Origin: Escherichia phage FS2B
Sequence record: MW929182
Reading direction: 5' to 3' (one strand)
Length of the DNA: 58,790 bases
The notes beneath the pieces are model-generated. The model had not been told where the DNA came from. It did no database searches and saw only the letters and a program-made list of their open reading frames with translations. Within the stretch, counting starts at the first letter, position 1; each line of letters starts with the position of its first letter. This document shows, one piece after another, positions 10,663-20,835 of the stretch. The position numbers were made by a program, and so were the translations under genes.

Positions 10663-11715
10663 ATGTCTTTATTTGGAAAATCAGCTTCTAGCAAAACCAC
10701 AGTGGCCCCTTCCTCTCAGGTTGATGCCCTGCTGAAGCAGATTGTTGCTAATGCTCAGAATATGCAGAACAACGATCCGGGATTCATCTCCCAACAACTG
10801 GCTGGGTTTAATGGCAACCAACAGGGTGCTCTGAACAACTTAGCAGCTTCTACTACTCAGAAGCAATTGGCTGATATGTACACGCCTCGTACACAGCAAG
10901 GGTTGGACCAATTAAACTCTCTTGCACAGCAGTATCAGAATATTGTCAATGGTGGTGGTCTAACTGCTGATGGTGTTAATAACTTTAGTAAAGGATTGAA
11001 TAACTCAGCTCTTGCTCAAGCGACTAGTAAGGCAGCTTCCAATGTATCCCTCGGAAATGGTTCTGATTCAGGCTCTCTCCGTAGAGCTGCTGCTCAAGGT
11101 GCTGCTCTGAACAGTGCTAATACAAACTTAGCTCGTACTATCAGTGGCAAGAATATGGGAATCAGTGCTCTTCAACAAGACCAAAACTTCCAGAGGGGCT
11201 TACTTGGTGCTCAGTCAGGATTGGCTGGACAGAATCTCAATCTTGGTGCTCAAGGTGTTCAGGCAACTCAACAAGCTATCCAGAATCAACTCATGGCTGG
11301 TAATCTACAACAGCAACAAGCCCAAGCTCAAGCTGATATTAATTGGCAGAACGCTATTGGCTCTCAACAGTATGGGTGGAATCAGCTTAACAACCAACTT
11401 AATGTATTAAATAGTGTAAGCCCAATGGCTGGGTACACGATTAAGAATGCTGCTCCGGGGGTTAATACTGGACAACAGCTCCTAGGTGCTGGTATCACTG
11501 GATTAGGTATTGCAGGTCGTATGGGTGCTTTCTCTCCTAATCAACAGACTCAGAATGCTTGGAGTTCCTATAACAACTCAGGTGGGCAATCTGGAATGGC
11601 TGGTCCTATGATTGGTGGTTCTAATCTTTCTCAACAGAAAGGTCAGTCTAACTGGTTATCCACAGCAGGTAGTAATATCTTAGGTGGTGTCTTAGGGGCA
11701 TTTGGAGCAAACTAA
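10663..11715 (+). CDS. Gln/Asn/Gly-rich virion protein (putative internal/ejection protein)
   Basis: AAGGAGG RBS; low-complexity Q/N/G/A-rich sequence; paralogous to the next gene. Confidence 0.45.
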   Translation: MSLFGKSASSKTTVAPSSQVDALLKQIVANAQNMQNNDPGFISQQLAGFNGNQQGALNNLAASTTQKQLADMYTPRTQQGLDQLNSLAQQYQNIVNGGGLTADGVNNFSKGLNNSALAQATSKAASNVSLGNGSDSGSLRRAAAQGAALNSANTNLARTISGKNMGISALQQDQNFQRGLLGAQSGLAGQNLNLGAQGVQATQQAIQNQLMAGNLQQQQAQAQADINWQNAIGSQQYGWNQLNNQLNVLNSVSPMAGYTIKNAAPGVNTGQQLLGAGITGLGIAGRMGAFSPNQQTQNAWSSYNNSGGQSGMAGPMIGGSNLSQQKGQSNWLSTAGSNILGGVLGAFGAN

Positions 11716-11727
11716 AGGAGATTTGAT

Positions 11728-12696
11728 ATGGGACTTTTCGGAGGCGGGGGTAGTAAAACTACTTCCCAAATGATTCGCCCTGAATACATTCAACAGTATA
11801 TTGACCAGCTTAACCAACAGATTGGTAATACTAGTTCAGGGGATTATGTTTATCGTGACAATGTAGGGTTTAATAACAATCAGACAGAGGCACTTAACAA
11901 CCTAGCACAATCTGGCGCTCTAGGTACTCTCTCACAGCAGTATATGGATGCAGCAGGTCAAGGCTTGGGTTATCTAGATAATGCCTATAAAGGTTATCAG
12001 AGCCTCTCTGGACAAGGTGGGATTACTGGAGAGCAGATTGGTGCTCTCGCTGGTCAACTGTATGATGATGACGCTGTGCAAGCAGCCATTACAGCTAATA
12101 ATGAACAGGTTCAACAGAACTTGGCACGTAATGCTCTTCCTCAGTTAGCTCAACAGTTTGCTGGTCAACAAGGTTCAGGTGCTCGTATGGCTAAGTCTTT
12201 TGCCCAAGGTGATGCTCTGAATCAGATGCAAGGCCAAGCAACAGATATTACCAATAGTGCCTATAACTCGGCTATTAGCCAAGCTGAAAGCATCCTCTCT
12301 GGTAATAGACAGAATCAGGCAGCTGCTCTCTCTGGTCTTTCTAATATTGGTTCTAACCTTTCTAACCTAGGTCAGCAGGGTGCTAATTTGTCTCAACAGC
12401 AAATAATGAATCAATGGAATGCAGGGTTGCAGCAACAACAGCAACAACAGAATGAATATGATAATGCCTACCAGAATGCTCAGAACGCAGCTAATTGGGG
12501 ATGGCAAGATATCAATAACCAACTCGGTGCAGCAGGTGTACTTAACGGTGCTCTCGGACAAACTACAACTACTAAAACATCTGGTGGCAAAGGTGGTTTC
12601 CTTGGTGGAGCTATGAGTGGTGCAGCAGCTGGCTCTTCTTTTGGGCCTTGGGGTGCATTAGCTGGGGGTGTAATCGGTGGGTTGGCTAGTACTTAA
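11728..12696 (+). CDS. Gln/Asn/Gly-rich virion protein, paralog of 10663..11715
   Basis: Shared N-terminus M(S/G)LFG..SKTT and GFN.NQ..ALNNLA motif; poly-Q run. Confidence 0.45.
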   Translation: MGLFGGGGSKTTSQMIRPEYIQQYIDQLNQQIGNTSSGDYVYRDNVGFNNNQTEALNNLAQSGALGTLSQQYMDAAGQGLGYLDNAYKGYQSLSGQGGITGEQIGALAGQLYDDDAVQAAITANNEQVQQNLARNALPQLAQQFAGQQGSGARMAKSFAQGDALNQMQGQATDITNSAYNSAISQAESILSGNRQNQAAALSGLSNIGSNLSNLGQQGANLSQQQIMNQWNAGLQQQQQQQNEYDNAYQNAQNAANWGWQDINNQLGAAGVLNGALGQTTTTKTSGGKGGFLGGAMSGAAAGSSFGPWGALAGGVIGGLAST

Positions 12697-12709
12697 TTAG
12701 GAGATAAAT

Positions 12710-14365
12710 ATGCAACAGACAACTTACGCTCAGGTCAGAAGTCGTGACCCGAGAAATACTTTCTATGGTGTTAATCCGGGAGCGGCTTCGGCCTCTCCTT
12801 ATATGGCTAGACCAACTCAGACAGCAGATATTTCTATGTATCAACGTCCTGCTGTACCTTCATCTCTTGCGGGTCTTGTCTCTCAGGCAGAAGAAGATCA
12901 GACTGCTATGGTTAATCCGGGATTCCAGCAACGTCTTATGGAACAGCAGAATCAAGGAACTCCTACAAGTCTTCAAGGTATTGATATTGGAGCACCGGCC
13001 CCTGTAGCGTCTAACCCTAACCTATCCACTGATCAAGGTTTACAGGATGCTGGGCTTATGCCTAGTGACCCTCTTCCGGTAACACCTCCTACTAAACCGT
13101 TAGAAGCTGGTCCTATGGAGTTTACTCCTTCTCAGGTGGAACAGGCACAAGGTGTGATTAATACTCTTGCTCAAGGACAAGATACTGGTGATGGAATGGC
13201 TGCTGCTACTCGTGCTAAAGATCAGGAACGTGTTAACAATGATATCTTGCAAGTTGCGAAAGCTAAAGACCCTTCGGAAGCTTGGAACAAGCTACAGAAA
13301 GAACCATTCTATCAGAACTCTAGTTTCTACACAGGTTTGATGGGTGTAGGTCTTTCCATTATGTCAGGTAAGTCTCCTATTGAAGCTTTCCAGATTGGTC
13401 AGGGAATGGCTAATCAAGATGAGACTAAGAAGCAACTGGAAGCTAACCGTGATGCTCTGATTGAACAAGGCTTCTCTCAAGACTCGATTGCAGCTGCTAT
13501 TGCTAACGGAGACCCATCTCTACTGAAGATGAGAGCTGTAGACCCTGCTCAGAAAGAAGCGTTGTATGCTGCTCGTGAAGAACGACAAAATGCTGAATGG
13601 GATAGACGTCAACAGATTCAAGAGCAAACTATGCGTGAGCGTGCTGATGAAACTCGTCGTGCCGCTGAAGAAAGAGCTAACATGAACTTTGAACGTCAGA
13701 AAGAGTTGATTGGTTATCGTGATAAGGTTAAGGCTGAACGTGCTGAACAAGCTGCTCAGAGTTTTAACTTTAACCCGAAAGAAGTTCGTCTTGCTCAGAA
13801 TACAGCTGAAGGTACGGTTGCTAAGCAGTGGGCAGAGAAAGGTGGCCTGTTTAACCAGTCTAACAAAGACTTGGATTTGGCTGATAAGGCTGTTAAGGAT
13901 AAAGACTATCAGACAGCTCGTTCTGCTTACATGCAGGCTATCATGAACTCCGCAAGGGCTGAAATCGGTGCTACTCGTTCTCTTACCGAAGAAGACTTGG
14001 GGCACTTTGCAGAAGACCCATCAATCTTCGTTCGTGTTGGCAACAAGTTTGCACTGAAATCTGGATGGCGTCCTACTGATTCTGCTCTTGCTTATGCTCG
14101 TAAGCAAGCTAACGTTGGTCACACCTCTGCAATGAAAGGTGTTGCTGATGCTAAGAGAGCTACGATTGAAGCTTACATCGGTTCTGGTATGGATAAGAAG
14201 AGAGCTACTGCATTGGTTAACCGTGCAATCCCTTCTGGTGGTTTCTATGACCCTCTAGGTGTTTTCTCTGAACAAGCAGAAGAAGCAGTTGGTGGTGCAG
14301 CAACCAATCCTAAGCTTAATGGTGCTTTATCAGCTGTCGAAGACACTAGCTGGTTTACTCAATAA
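12710..14365 (+). CDS. putative internal virion/ejection protein
   Basis: AGGAGA RBS; Pro/Gln-rich N-terminus and charged helical C-terminus; located in the ejection-protein-like block. Confidence 0.4.
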   Translation: MQQTTYAQVRSRDPRNTFYGVNPGAASASPYMARPTQTADISMYQRPAVPSSLAGLVSQAEEDQTAMVNPGFQQRLMEQQNQGTPTSLQGIDIGAPAPVASNPNLSTDQGLQDAGLMPSDPLPVTPPTKPLEAGPMEFTPSQVEQAQGVINTLAQGQDTGDGMAAATRAKDQERVNNDILQVAKAKDPSEAWNKLQKEPFYQNSSFYTGLMGVGLSIMSGKSPIEAFQIGQGMANQDETKKQLEANRDALIEQGFSQDSIAAAIANGDPSLLKMRAVDPAQKEALYAAREERQNAEWDRRQQIQEQTMRERADETRRAAEERANMNFERQKELIGYRDKVKAERAEQAAQSFNFNPKEVRLAQNTAEGTVAKQWAEKGGLFNQSNKDLDLADKAVKDKDYQTARSAYMQAIMNSARAEIGATRSLTEEDLGHFAEDPSIFVRVGNKFALKSGWRPTDSALAYARKQANVGHTSAMKGVADAKRATIEAYIGSGMDKKRATALVNRAIPSGGFYDPLGVFSEQAEEAVGGAATNPKLNGALSAVEDTSWFTQ

Positions 14366-14432
14366 GACCTAAGTCCTGCCTTCTATAATGTATATAGGGG
14401 GTAGGACATTTTTATTTATAAAAGGAGACGTT

Positions 14433-17400
14433 ATGGCTAACATTAAACCGTGGGAAGAAGCTTCCAAAGCTCCTGCGTATCTGAATGCCTCTCCGGAGCA
14501 ACAAGCTCAAATGAGAGAACAATATAAGGCAGCAGGTGGCTCTATTCCTGAGGAACAGCCAGTAGCACAACCACAACAAGAAGAACGTGGTGTTATAGGT
14601 GAGTTTGCTCAAGGTGTGTCAAATGCTCTTCAATCTGGTGGTGCAAATATTGCAGCTAGTGCTGCTAAAGGTATTGGTGGTTTAGTTGAGATTGGTGAGA
14701 ATCTAGCTGGAGCACAGACTAGTTATGGTAAGCGTATCCAAGAGAACTCTCAGAACCTTCTGAAAGAACGTATGGATAAGATTGAGGATGGGATTGGTAA
14801 AACTGTCGGTCAGTATGCTGGCGTTGCTGGTGATATTGGTATGACTGTTGCTAACCCATTGGCTGCTGCTGCTATCATCGCAGGTCGTGAGACAGGTCGT
14901 GCATATGCAGACCAAACCCCTGAAGAGGGAGAAGATAAGTCTATTCTAGATGCAGCCTTAGTTGGTGGTGCTAACTATGCGGCTCAGAGAATCCTTCCGG
15001 GTGCTGTCGGTACAGCTGAATCCACACTTGGACGTATTGGTCAGAACGTTGCTAGTAACGCAGTGGCTGGTGCTAAAGGCGGTGCTCTTGTGGGTGCTGC
15101 TGAAGCTCAGAATAAGCACGGAGATGACACAACCTTTGCTAATGTATTAGAAGGTGCTATCGAAGAAGGTGCTATGGGTGCTGCATTCGGTGGTGCAGTT
15201 GGTGGGGTTCATGGTTTGATTAGCCGTCCGGATTCTGCTGTCTTCAAGAATACTCCAGAGTATGCGAAGACTGATATTGCTGCTGATGATGAACTAATTC
15301 GTAGTGCTAAGAATATTGATGAACTGAAAGAAGCTTACTCTAAAGCTGAAACTGCTAACGCTGCTTCTGCTCTTAACCTTCTGGATGAGAATGGATTCCG
15401 TATTACAGATGCTGTTGCTGTAGATTCTCCTGCTGCTCAGCGTATTCTTAATACTGACCAAGCTCGTGCTGAGAAAGCTGCTTCTGTTCAGAAAGAACAT
15501 TCCAACATTCCGGGCCTTAATCCTTTAGCTTCTCCTGCTAAGACTCGTGGTAAAGCATTTGCTGATAATGAGCACAACCAGAAGCAGGCTGTTGCTATGA
15601 AGGATGCAATGGCTGACTACACCAAAGACAACACGAAAGCTCTTACAGATGTTCTAGATAATCTAGACCGTGAATTAACTTCTCTCCGAGCTTCTGGTGA
15701 TTTTACTGGTAGTCCGATTGATATTAAGAACCGTACACAAGCTGACCGTGACTTCATTGATGCTTACAAGACTTTCTACAATGAAGCAAATCGATTCAAA
15801 GCTCGTGATGGTGAAGATTTTAATAACTTTGTAGAGAAAGCTGCTGAACTACAGAAGATGGCTGATAATGTTTCTCCAGAGATGAAGAAAGCTATCGGTG
15901 GGTTGAAGAAACTGAAAGGTATGCCTGAAGGTTTTAATCCTATCCAAGATGCTTACACTCTGAACAATACGGCTAAGTTTATGAGTAACCAAGATCGTGG
16001 TTGGACTTCCCTGACTGATGATGGATTCCGTGAGGCTTCTTCACCTAGTCTGGTAATGAACACTCTCGGTGCTGCTAAGTATGCTCTGAATCGATTCTCT
16101 TCTCAGCGTGCTCGCTCTCAACGTGTTAAGCAACAAGAATCTAACAGCGAAGCTATCCGCTCTCTTGCTCGTGGTGATTTGGAAGTTGCTCGTGCTAAAT
16201 CTACTGCTGATGAAGCTCGTGCTAAGATGGAAGAAGAACCAGTTGTTGATGACATTAAATTTAAGACGCAAAATGACGTGGAAACCGAACCGGTTCGGGA
16301 GCCTTCTTCTAGTACTGTGACGGAAGAAAATCTTCCTTCTTCTACTCCTCAAGAAACCCCTCTCACAGCTCGTGATTTAGTTGCGCAAAGACGCGCTATC
16401 CGTCAGGCTGAACAGCGTCGCGCTGAAGAAGAGGCAGCAGCAGCTCAAGAAGCTCCGGTCGAACAAGCTCCACAGGCTGAACCTCTCCCTGCTCGTAACC
16501 CTCTAGAGGAGCGTCGTGCAATGGAACAGCAACGTGCTCAAGAAGAGGCCGCACAGGCTCCAGAACCAACCGTAGAGGAACCAACAGTCAAAGCTGAGCC
16601 ATTACCTGCTCGTGCTCCTAAAGCTCCTAAGGAAGCTGTACAGGACGTTAAACCGGCAAGTGGTGTAGAACGTTTAGCTGCTATGTCTAGTGCTGCTCGT
16701 CAGGCTACTAAAGATCGTGCAGAACGCTTTGCTCGTTCTCTGTACTCTAAGGCTGCTAAAGCTAAAGCTACTGCTGAAAACTTCTTGGCTTATAAAGGCG
16801 ATCCTAAGGAACTGATGCGTCGTATTCGTCAGGAAGATAATGCTATCAACACTGAACGTCATGAAGAAATGGCTCGTAACCAGCTGGCCTCTCAGCAAGG
16901 TATTGCTACTGCTAAGAACAACACTGTACGAACTAATTTTGCTGAATGGGTTAAAGAACGTGGTCTGCCAGAAGACATTGCTACTAAGGCATTACGTGCT
17001 GAAGAGAAAGGTTTAGGTGGGAACGTAACTAACTTGGATAGTCTGAAACGTCGTGCTGAAAGGTTGTATCAGAAGCAGCGTGAGGATGAGTTTGATAGGC
17101 TGTACCAACAGGCTCTAGAAGAGAACAAAGCTTTCGATAATAAGAATTCTCCTAAACTGGTTGACCAGAAGAAAGAGCTTCAGTCTGAGATTGATGCTTT
17201 GATTGATTCAGAACCTTTACGTCCTGCTCAGAAAGATGCTATGCGTAAGCTGATGAATGACTTTGTAGATGGGAAGTTTAAATCTTCAGAGAAGGCTGGT
17301 AGGGAAGAGGCTTTGGAAGTTGGTCAGATGAAGGATATTTGGGATGGATTTATTAACACCTACAACAGAGAAGTGAATGCCTTCAACAAAGCTAACAAGA

Positions 17401-18854
17401 ACTCTCAGTACGAAGCTGCTGCTAAGCATTTACAGGCTCGTGAAGAACGTCTTGCTACTCTGAAAAACAAAGCTCAGGCTCGTTCAGATGCTAAGGCTGC
17501 TGTTGAGAATGAACGTAAAACTCTAGAGGCTATTGCAGCTCAGAAGAGTGAGATTGAGAAGATGATGGAAGGTTTACCTAAACCTGTTCGTGAGGCTCAG
17601 GAATCTCGTACATTGAAACAGTTGGCTGCTCACCATGACAAGAACTCTCCAGTTCCTCCAGAGAAGTTCCGTAGTTATATTGAACGTATCCACAACGCCG
17701 AGTCAGATTACCTTGATCGTCAGCGTCGTTTAACTGATGCAGAGGAAGATGCTCGTCAGGCCAAGTGGAACAAGATGTACGAGCAAGCGGAAGAGATGAA
17801 CCGTAAGTTTGATGTGGACAAGAGAGTTAAGCGCAGTGAAGAGCTTAAAGCGGCCCAAGAGCGTGAGAATGATCTTATGGCAGTACAACGTCAACGTGAT
17901 GACATTCATCGCCGCCTGATGCGTACTATGGAAGATAAGGGCATATCTAGAGAGGATGCTGAAGCATTTGCTGGTTCCTATATGGATAACCGTTATGCAC
18001 TTCTTGAGAAGCCTATGACTCCTACTGAACATCAGAATGCTCGTTCTCGTATCGAAGCTGATGTTGAGAAGTTTGCTAAGAAGTACGAATCAATGACTCC
18101 TATCGAGAAAGAGATTGTTAAGGTTACTGGAGATACTGAAGGTAAGCTTGATAACTTGGATGCGGATACTAGGAAGGCTATTGAGGAGGCTCAGAAGGTT
18201 GACTCTGATATTAAGAAACTGCAAGAGGAAGAATTGGAGATGGAGAAGATTCGTTCTGCTCTGCCTGATGATGAAAAATCTCAAGCAAATTCTGATATCT
18301 TGGAAAGCATTAAACAACAGGAAGAGGTCTTTGCTGATAAAGTAGAGAAAGCTTTCTTGAGTGGGAAGAGCTTGGATGAGTTGGCTAGTGTGGCTGAAGT
18401 TTTAGACAGGGTTCATGGTGCAGATAAGGCTGGTAACAACCGTCGCTTTGTACGTGCATTGCAGACTGCTGCTGAAAACAAGAAGAAGTATGGTGATAAT
18501 CCAGTAGCTTGGTTTAGTGCTGATGATTACTCTGCCATTGCTAAACTTGGTGCTTCTTCCGCAGGTGGTAACAAATCCAGAGCACTGGAGAAGATCTTTG
18601 GTTCTACAGCTGAACAGGCTAAGAGTAAGTTGCTTGGTAGGGATGATGTAGCGAAGATGAGACGTGTGATTGAAGAGAACCCTGATATTAAGATTCCTTC
18701 TTACAAGACAACGAATCGTACTGAGTACTTGCAGTTCTTGGAGAAGTTTAATGACGAAGGGAAGCCTAAGATTAAACGTGGCTCATTGTCAGAGAAGCTT
18801 GAACGCAGTAAGCGTCAATCGAGACTCCGTGTAAGAGTTCGACCTAAGGAGTGA
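14433..18854 (+). CDS. large (1473 aa) putative internal virion/ejection protein
   Basis: ATG 14433 with AAGGAG RBS; N-terminal Gly/Ala-rich hydrophobic segments then a long Lys/Glu/Ala/Arg-rich helical region with the internal repeat AEPLPAR(N/A)P. Confidence 0.5.
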   Translation: MANIKPWEEASKAPAYLNASPEQQAQMREQYKAAGGSIPEEQPVAQPQQEERGVIGEFAQGVSNALQSGGANIAASAAKGIGGLVEIGENLAGAQTSYGKRIQENSQNLLKERMDKIEDGIGKTVGQYAGVAGDIGMTVANPLAAAAIIAGRETGRAYADQTPEEGEDKSILDAALVGGANYAAQRILPGAVGTAESTLGRIGQNVASNAVAGAKGGALVGAAEAQNKHGDDTTFANVLEGAIEEGAMGAAFGGAVGGVHGLISRPDSAVFKNTPEYAKTDIAADDELIRSAKNIDELKEAYSKAETANAASALNLLDENGFRITDAVAVDSPAAQRILNTDQARAEKAASVQKEHSNIPGLNPLASPAKTRGKAFADNEHNQKQAVAMKDAMADYTKDNTKALTDVLDNLDRELTSLRASGDFTGSPIDIKNRTQADRDFIDAYKTFYNEANRFKARDGEDFNNFVEKAAELQKMADNVSPEMKKAIGGLKKLKGMPEGFNPIQDAYTLNNTAKFMSNQDRGWTSLTDDGFREASSPSLVMNTLGAAKYALNRFSSQRARSQRVKQQESNSEAIRSLARGDLEVARAKSTADEARAKMEEEPVVDDIKFKTQNDVETEPVREPSSSTVTEENLPSSTPQETPLTARDLVAQRRAIRQAEQRRAEEEAAAAQEAPVEQAPQAEPLPARNPLEERRAMEQQRAQEEAAQAPEPTVEEPTVKAEPLPARAPKAPKEAVQDVKPASGVERLAAMSSAARQATKDRAERFARSLYSKAAKAKATAENFLAYKGDPKELMRRIRQEDNAINTERHEEMARNQLASQQGIATAKNNTVRTNFAEWVKERGLPEDIATKALRAEEKGLGGNVTNLDSLKRRAERLYQKQREDEFDRLYQQALEENKAFDNKNSPKLVDQKKELQSEIDALIDSEPLRPAQKDAMRKLMNDFVDGKFKSSEKAGREEALEVGQMKDIWDGFINTYNREVNAFNKANKNSQYEAAAKHLQAREERLATLKNKAQARSDAKAAVENERKTLEAIAAQKSEIEKMMEGLPKPVREAQESRTLKQLAAHHDKNSPVPPEKFRSYIERIHNAESDYLDRQRRLTDAEEDARQAKWNKMYEQAEEMNRKFDVDKRVKRSEELKAAQERENDLMAVQRQRDDIHRRLMRTMEDKGISREDAEAFAGSYMDNRYALLEKPMTPTEHQNARSRIEADVEKFAKKYESMTPIEKEIVKVTGDTEGKLDNLDADTRKAIEEAQKVDSDIKKLQEEELEMEKIRSALPDDEKSQANSDILESIKQQEEVFADKVEKAFLSGKSLDELASVAEVLDRVHGADKAGNNRRFVRALQTAAENKKKYGDNPVAWFSADDYSAIAKLGASSAGGNKSRALEKIFGSTAEQAKSKLLGRDDVAKMRRVIEENPDIKIPSYKTTNRTEYLQFLEKFNDEGKPKIKRGSLSEKLERSKRQSRLRVRVRPKE

Positions 18855-18859
18855 TAAAA

Positions 18860-18900
18860 GAAAAGCCCCCAACCGAAAGGAAGGGGGCTTTATTTGTTTC
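18860..18900. terminator. bidirectional intrinsic terminator at the convergence of the two arms
   Basis: Hairpin AAAGCCCCC..GGGGGCTTT flanked by an A-run on one side and a T-run on the other, between the last plus-strand gene and the last minus-strand genes. Confidence 0.6.
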
Positions 18901-19045
18901 TAAGTTTTAAAAACCATCAAATTCGTCATACATCCCAATTCTCTTCAGAAGTCTGGATGTTCATCTTCAAAGCATCCTGAGATGCCTCCATAGAACCAAT
19001 CTGATTTACTTCCAAGGATAACAACTTCTTCATTCATATACCCTC

Positions 19046-19207
19046 CTAGATTGTGTTTATAAAATTAGTAAGTTTCTCTTCACTTTCATCAAAAGCCTTT
19101 CCAGCTGCTTCCATCTCCCAAGTATCGGCACTGTCAATAAAGCTCTGAGCTTCTAGTAGGTCGTGGATTAAGTCGAAGAGTTTATTTTTATCTGCTTGTG
19201 TGATCAT
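19046..19207 (-). CDS. small hypothetical protein (53 aa), not in ORF track
   Basis: Hand-translated ATG-to-TAG ORF (MITQADKNKLFDLIHDLLEAQSF...), length consistent with coordinates; weak RBS. Confidence 0.25.
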   Translation of the reverse strand: MITQADKNKLFDLIHDLLEAQSFIDSADTWEMEAAGKAFDESEEKLTNFINTI

Positions 19208-19215
19208 GTCAGTTC

Positions 19216-19443
19216 CTAGATTAAATCGTAATACTGAATAATGTCAGAGAGTTTGAACTCTCGAATCTCATCTTTCTCTACATCTATCGCTGTCATAATC
19301 CAACAAGGTTTGCCACCGTTATGAAAACGGGAGCTAGCAACGGAGGTTCGGAGTGGAATAACGGACCGGTCAGCAACCTCGCCTCTCCAATTGCGATAGC
19401 GAAAGCGAAGCACTTGTTGCGTAGATTTTTGATCATCACTCAT
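19216..19443 (-). CDS. hypothetical protein
   Basis: Track ORF; start placed at the internal ATG whose ATGAGTGA overlaps the upstream gene stop. Confidence 0.3.
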   Translation of the reverse strand: MSDDQKSTQQVLRFRYRNWRGEVADRSVIPLRTSVASSRFHNGGKPCWIMTAIDVEKDEIREFKLSDIIQYYDLI

Positions 19444-19837
19444 TTCCTTTTTTGAATTGTTTTCTTGCATCATTCTCTTCTTTTGTTTTAATCTTATGAC
19501 AAGGGTCTTTACACAGAACTTGAAATCCCTCTTTCTCACACAGAGCACGAGAGATGATTTCATCCCAAGTTGCTTCATGATCTAAGGGAACTATAGGTTC
19601 TATGTGGTCAATAGCCATATCCTTTACAGGGTGGTCAGAACCACACATGGCACACTTAAAGTGCATTGCCAGTCTACCTGTCTTTGGATTAATCTTCTGC
19701 TCTGTCTTGGCGTCTGCTAGTGCATCGAACATGGGCTTCCACTTTCTAGTCAGAGAACGAATCCCTGACTTGATGAAAGAGTTATAACGAGCTTCAGTCC
19801 ACATTCCACTACAGCGAGTCTTCTCAGACTTCGCCAT
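19436..19837 (-). CDS. HNH-family endonuclease-like protein
   Basis: CAMCGSDHP..DHIEP...LCKDPCHKIKT resembles the HNH zinc-binding catalytic motif. Confidence 0.55.
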   Translation of the reverse strand: MAKSEKTRCSGMWTEARYNSFIKSGIRSLTRKWKPMFDALADAKTEQKINPKTGRLAMHFKCAMCGSDHPVKDMAIDHIEPIVPLDHEATWDEIISRALCEKEGFQVLCKDPCHKIKTKEENDARKQFKKGNE

Positions 19838-20003
19838 AATCAGCTTCTTCCCAAACTCGTTTGTTTACACGATGACTCACCTTACCCTCACGAGGAATAC
19901 GACCAGTTCTCTGATCAAACAGTTGATGTTTAATCTTTTGGTCTTTACGAGATTCACGGTTGGAGGAGTTTTCATCATATGAACGATAATCAAATTTACC
20001 CAT
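19824..20003 (-). CDS. small basic hypothetical protein (59 aa), not in ORF track
   Basis: Hand-translated ORF (MGKFDYRSYDENSSNRESRK...) with AAGGA RBS; overlaps the downstream gene start by 14 nt. Confidence 0.25.
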   Translation of the reverse strand: MGKFDYRSYDENSSNRESRKDQKIKHQLFDQRTGRIPREGKVSHRVNKRVWEEADYGEV

Positions 20004-20016
20004 TATAATATCCTTA

Positions 20017-20835
20017 TTACCAAGATTTATCTAACCATGTCCAGTCGAACAGGTCTTCCGGAGTCTGACCAACAAAGAGCAGCCGAGCATTCTCAAGCAT
20101 CTTCTCTTCATCTTCAGTATCGAACTTCTTATAATATTCCATTCGTACTATATGATACATGGTCCACTTATCTGTAACACCAGCCAATAGTTTAGCTGCT
20201 GCTTTCTTCCCTATTCCTTGACGTCGAAGCTGGAGCTTACCACCCCACATAACTTCTTTACGTTCTCCACATCCGGGGATATTATCTGTACCATCTCCAA
20301 CCAGCATTTGATAGAAGAAGTTTTGCCATGAGACTAAATCAGACACGTAGTGAGGGGGAACCTCTTTCTGTCTTTCTCCACAAGCCCAGCGATAATGCCA
20401 TCCGGGAGTTATCAACAAATCCTTGTCTCTAGTACAGATGATAGTATTCTTATCCCTACGTTGCCTTTCAGCTAGTGCATCATCAGCCTCTCTTCCAAAT
20501 ACATCAACGTATTCGTACTTGGCTTTAATATAATCACCAACGTTTTGCCAGTGAAAAGGTCTTTCTCCGGGAGGTCTGTTTGCCTTGTAGTCTTGTTGCT
20601 TAGCAACATCGAAACGGAAGTTACCACCTTCGCTGAAGTAGAATATAACCTTACTACAACCCGAGCGAGCTATGATTGTATCGATCTTGTACTGAAGTCG
20701 TTCAATCATGAAATTGTAATCAACTGGAACACGTCCTGTGTCAAGGAAGGGATGCTCCTGAGTAAGAGCACCCACTTCATACCGAAGAACGTCAGCGTCC
20801 ACTATAGCAACTTCAGGGAGCTTAACCTCTTCCAT
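20017..20835 (-). CDS. 5'-3' exonuclease / flap endonuclease (FEN-like)
   Basis: Motifs VAIVDADVLRYEV, GREADDALA, TRDKDLL and LVGDGTDNIPGCGE..GIGKKAAAKLL match the PIN plus H3TH nuclease family; ATG 20835 has an AGGA RBS. Confidence 0.7.
   Translation of the reverse strand: MEEVKLPEVAIVDADVLRYEVGALTQEHPFLDTGRVPVDYNFMIERLQYKIDTIIARSGCSKVIFYFSEGGNFRFDVAKQQDYKANRPPGERPFHWQNVGDYIKAKYEYVDVFGREADDALAERQRRDKNTIICTRDKDLLITPGWHYRWACGERQKEVPPHYVSDLVSWQNFFYQMLVGDGTDNIPGCGERKEVMWGGKLQLRRQGIGKKAAAKLLAGVTDKWTMYHIVRMEYYKKFDTEDEEKMLENARLLFVGQTPEDLFDWTWLDKSW

Noticed and set aside
13520-14005. Track ORFs antisense to or nested inside long genes (for example 13520..14005, 1293..1661, 16041..16352, 33694..33969, 35086..35343, 46433..46750)
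   Set aside because: They lie opposite well-supported coding frames with recognisable domains, lack ribosome-binding sites, and are typical low-complexity antisense artefacts
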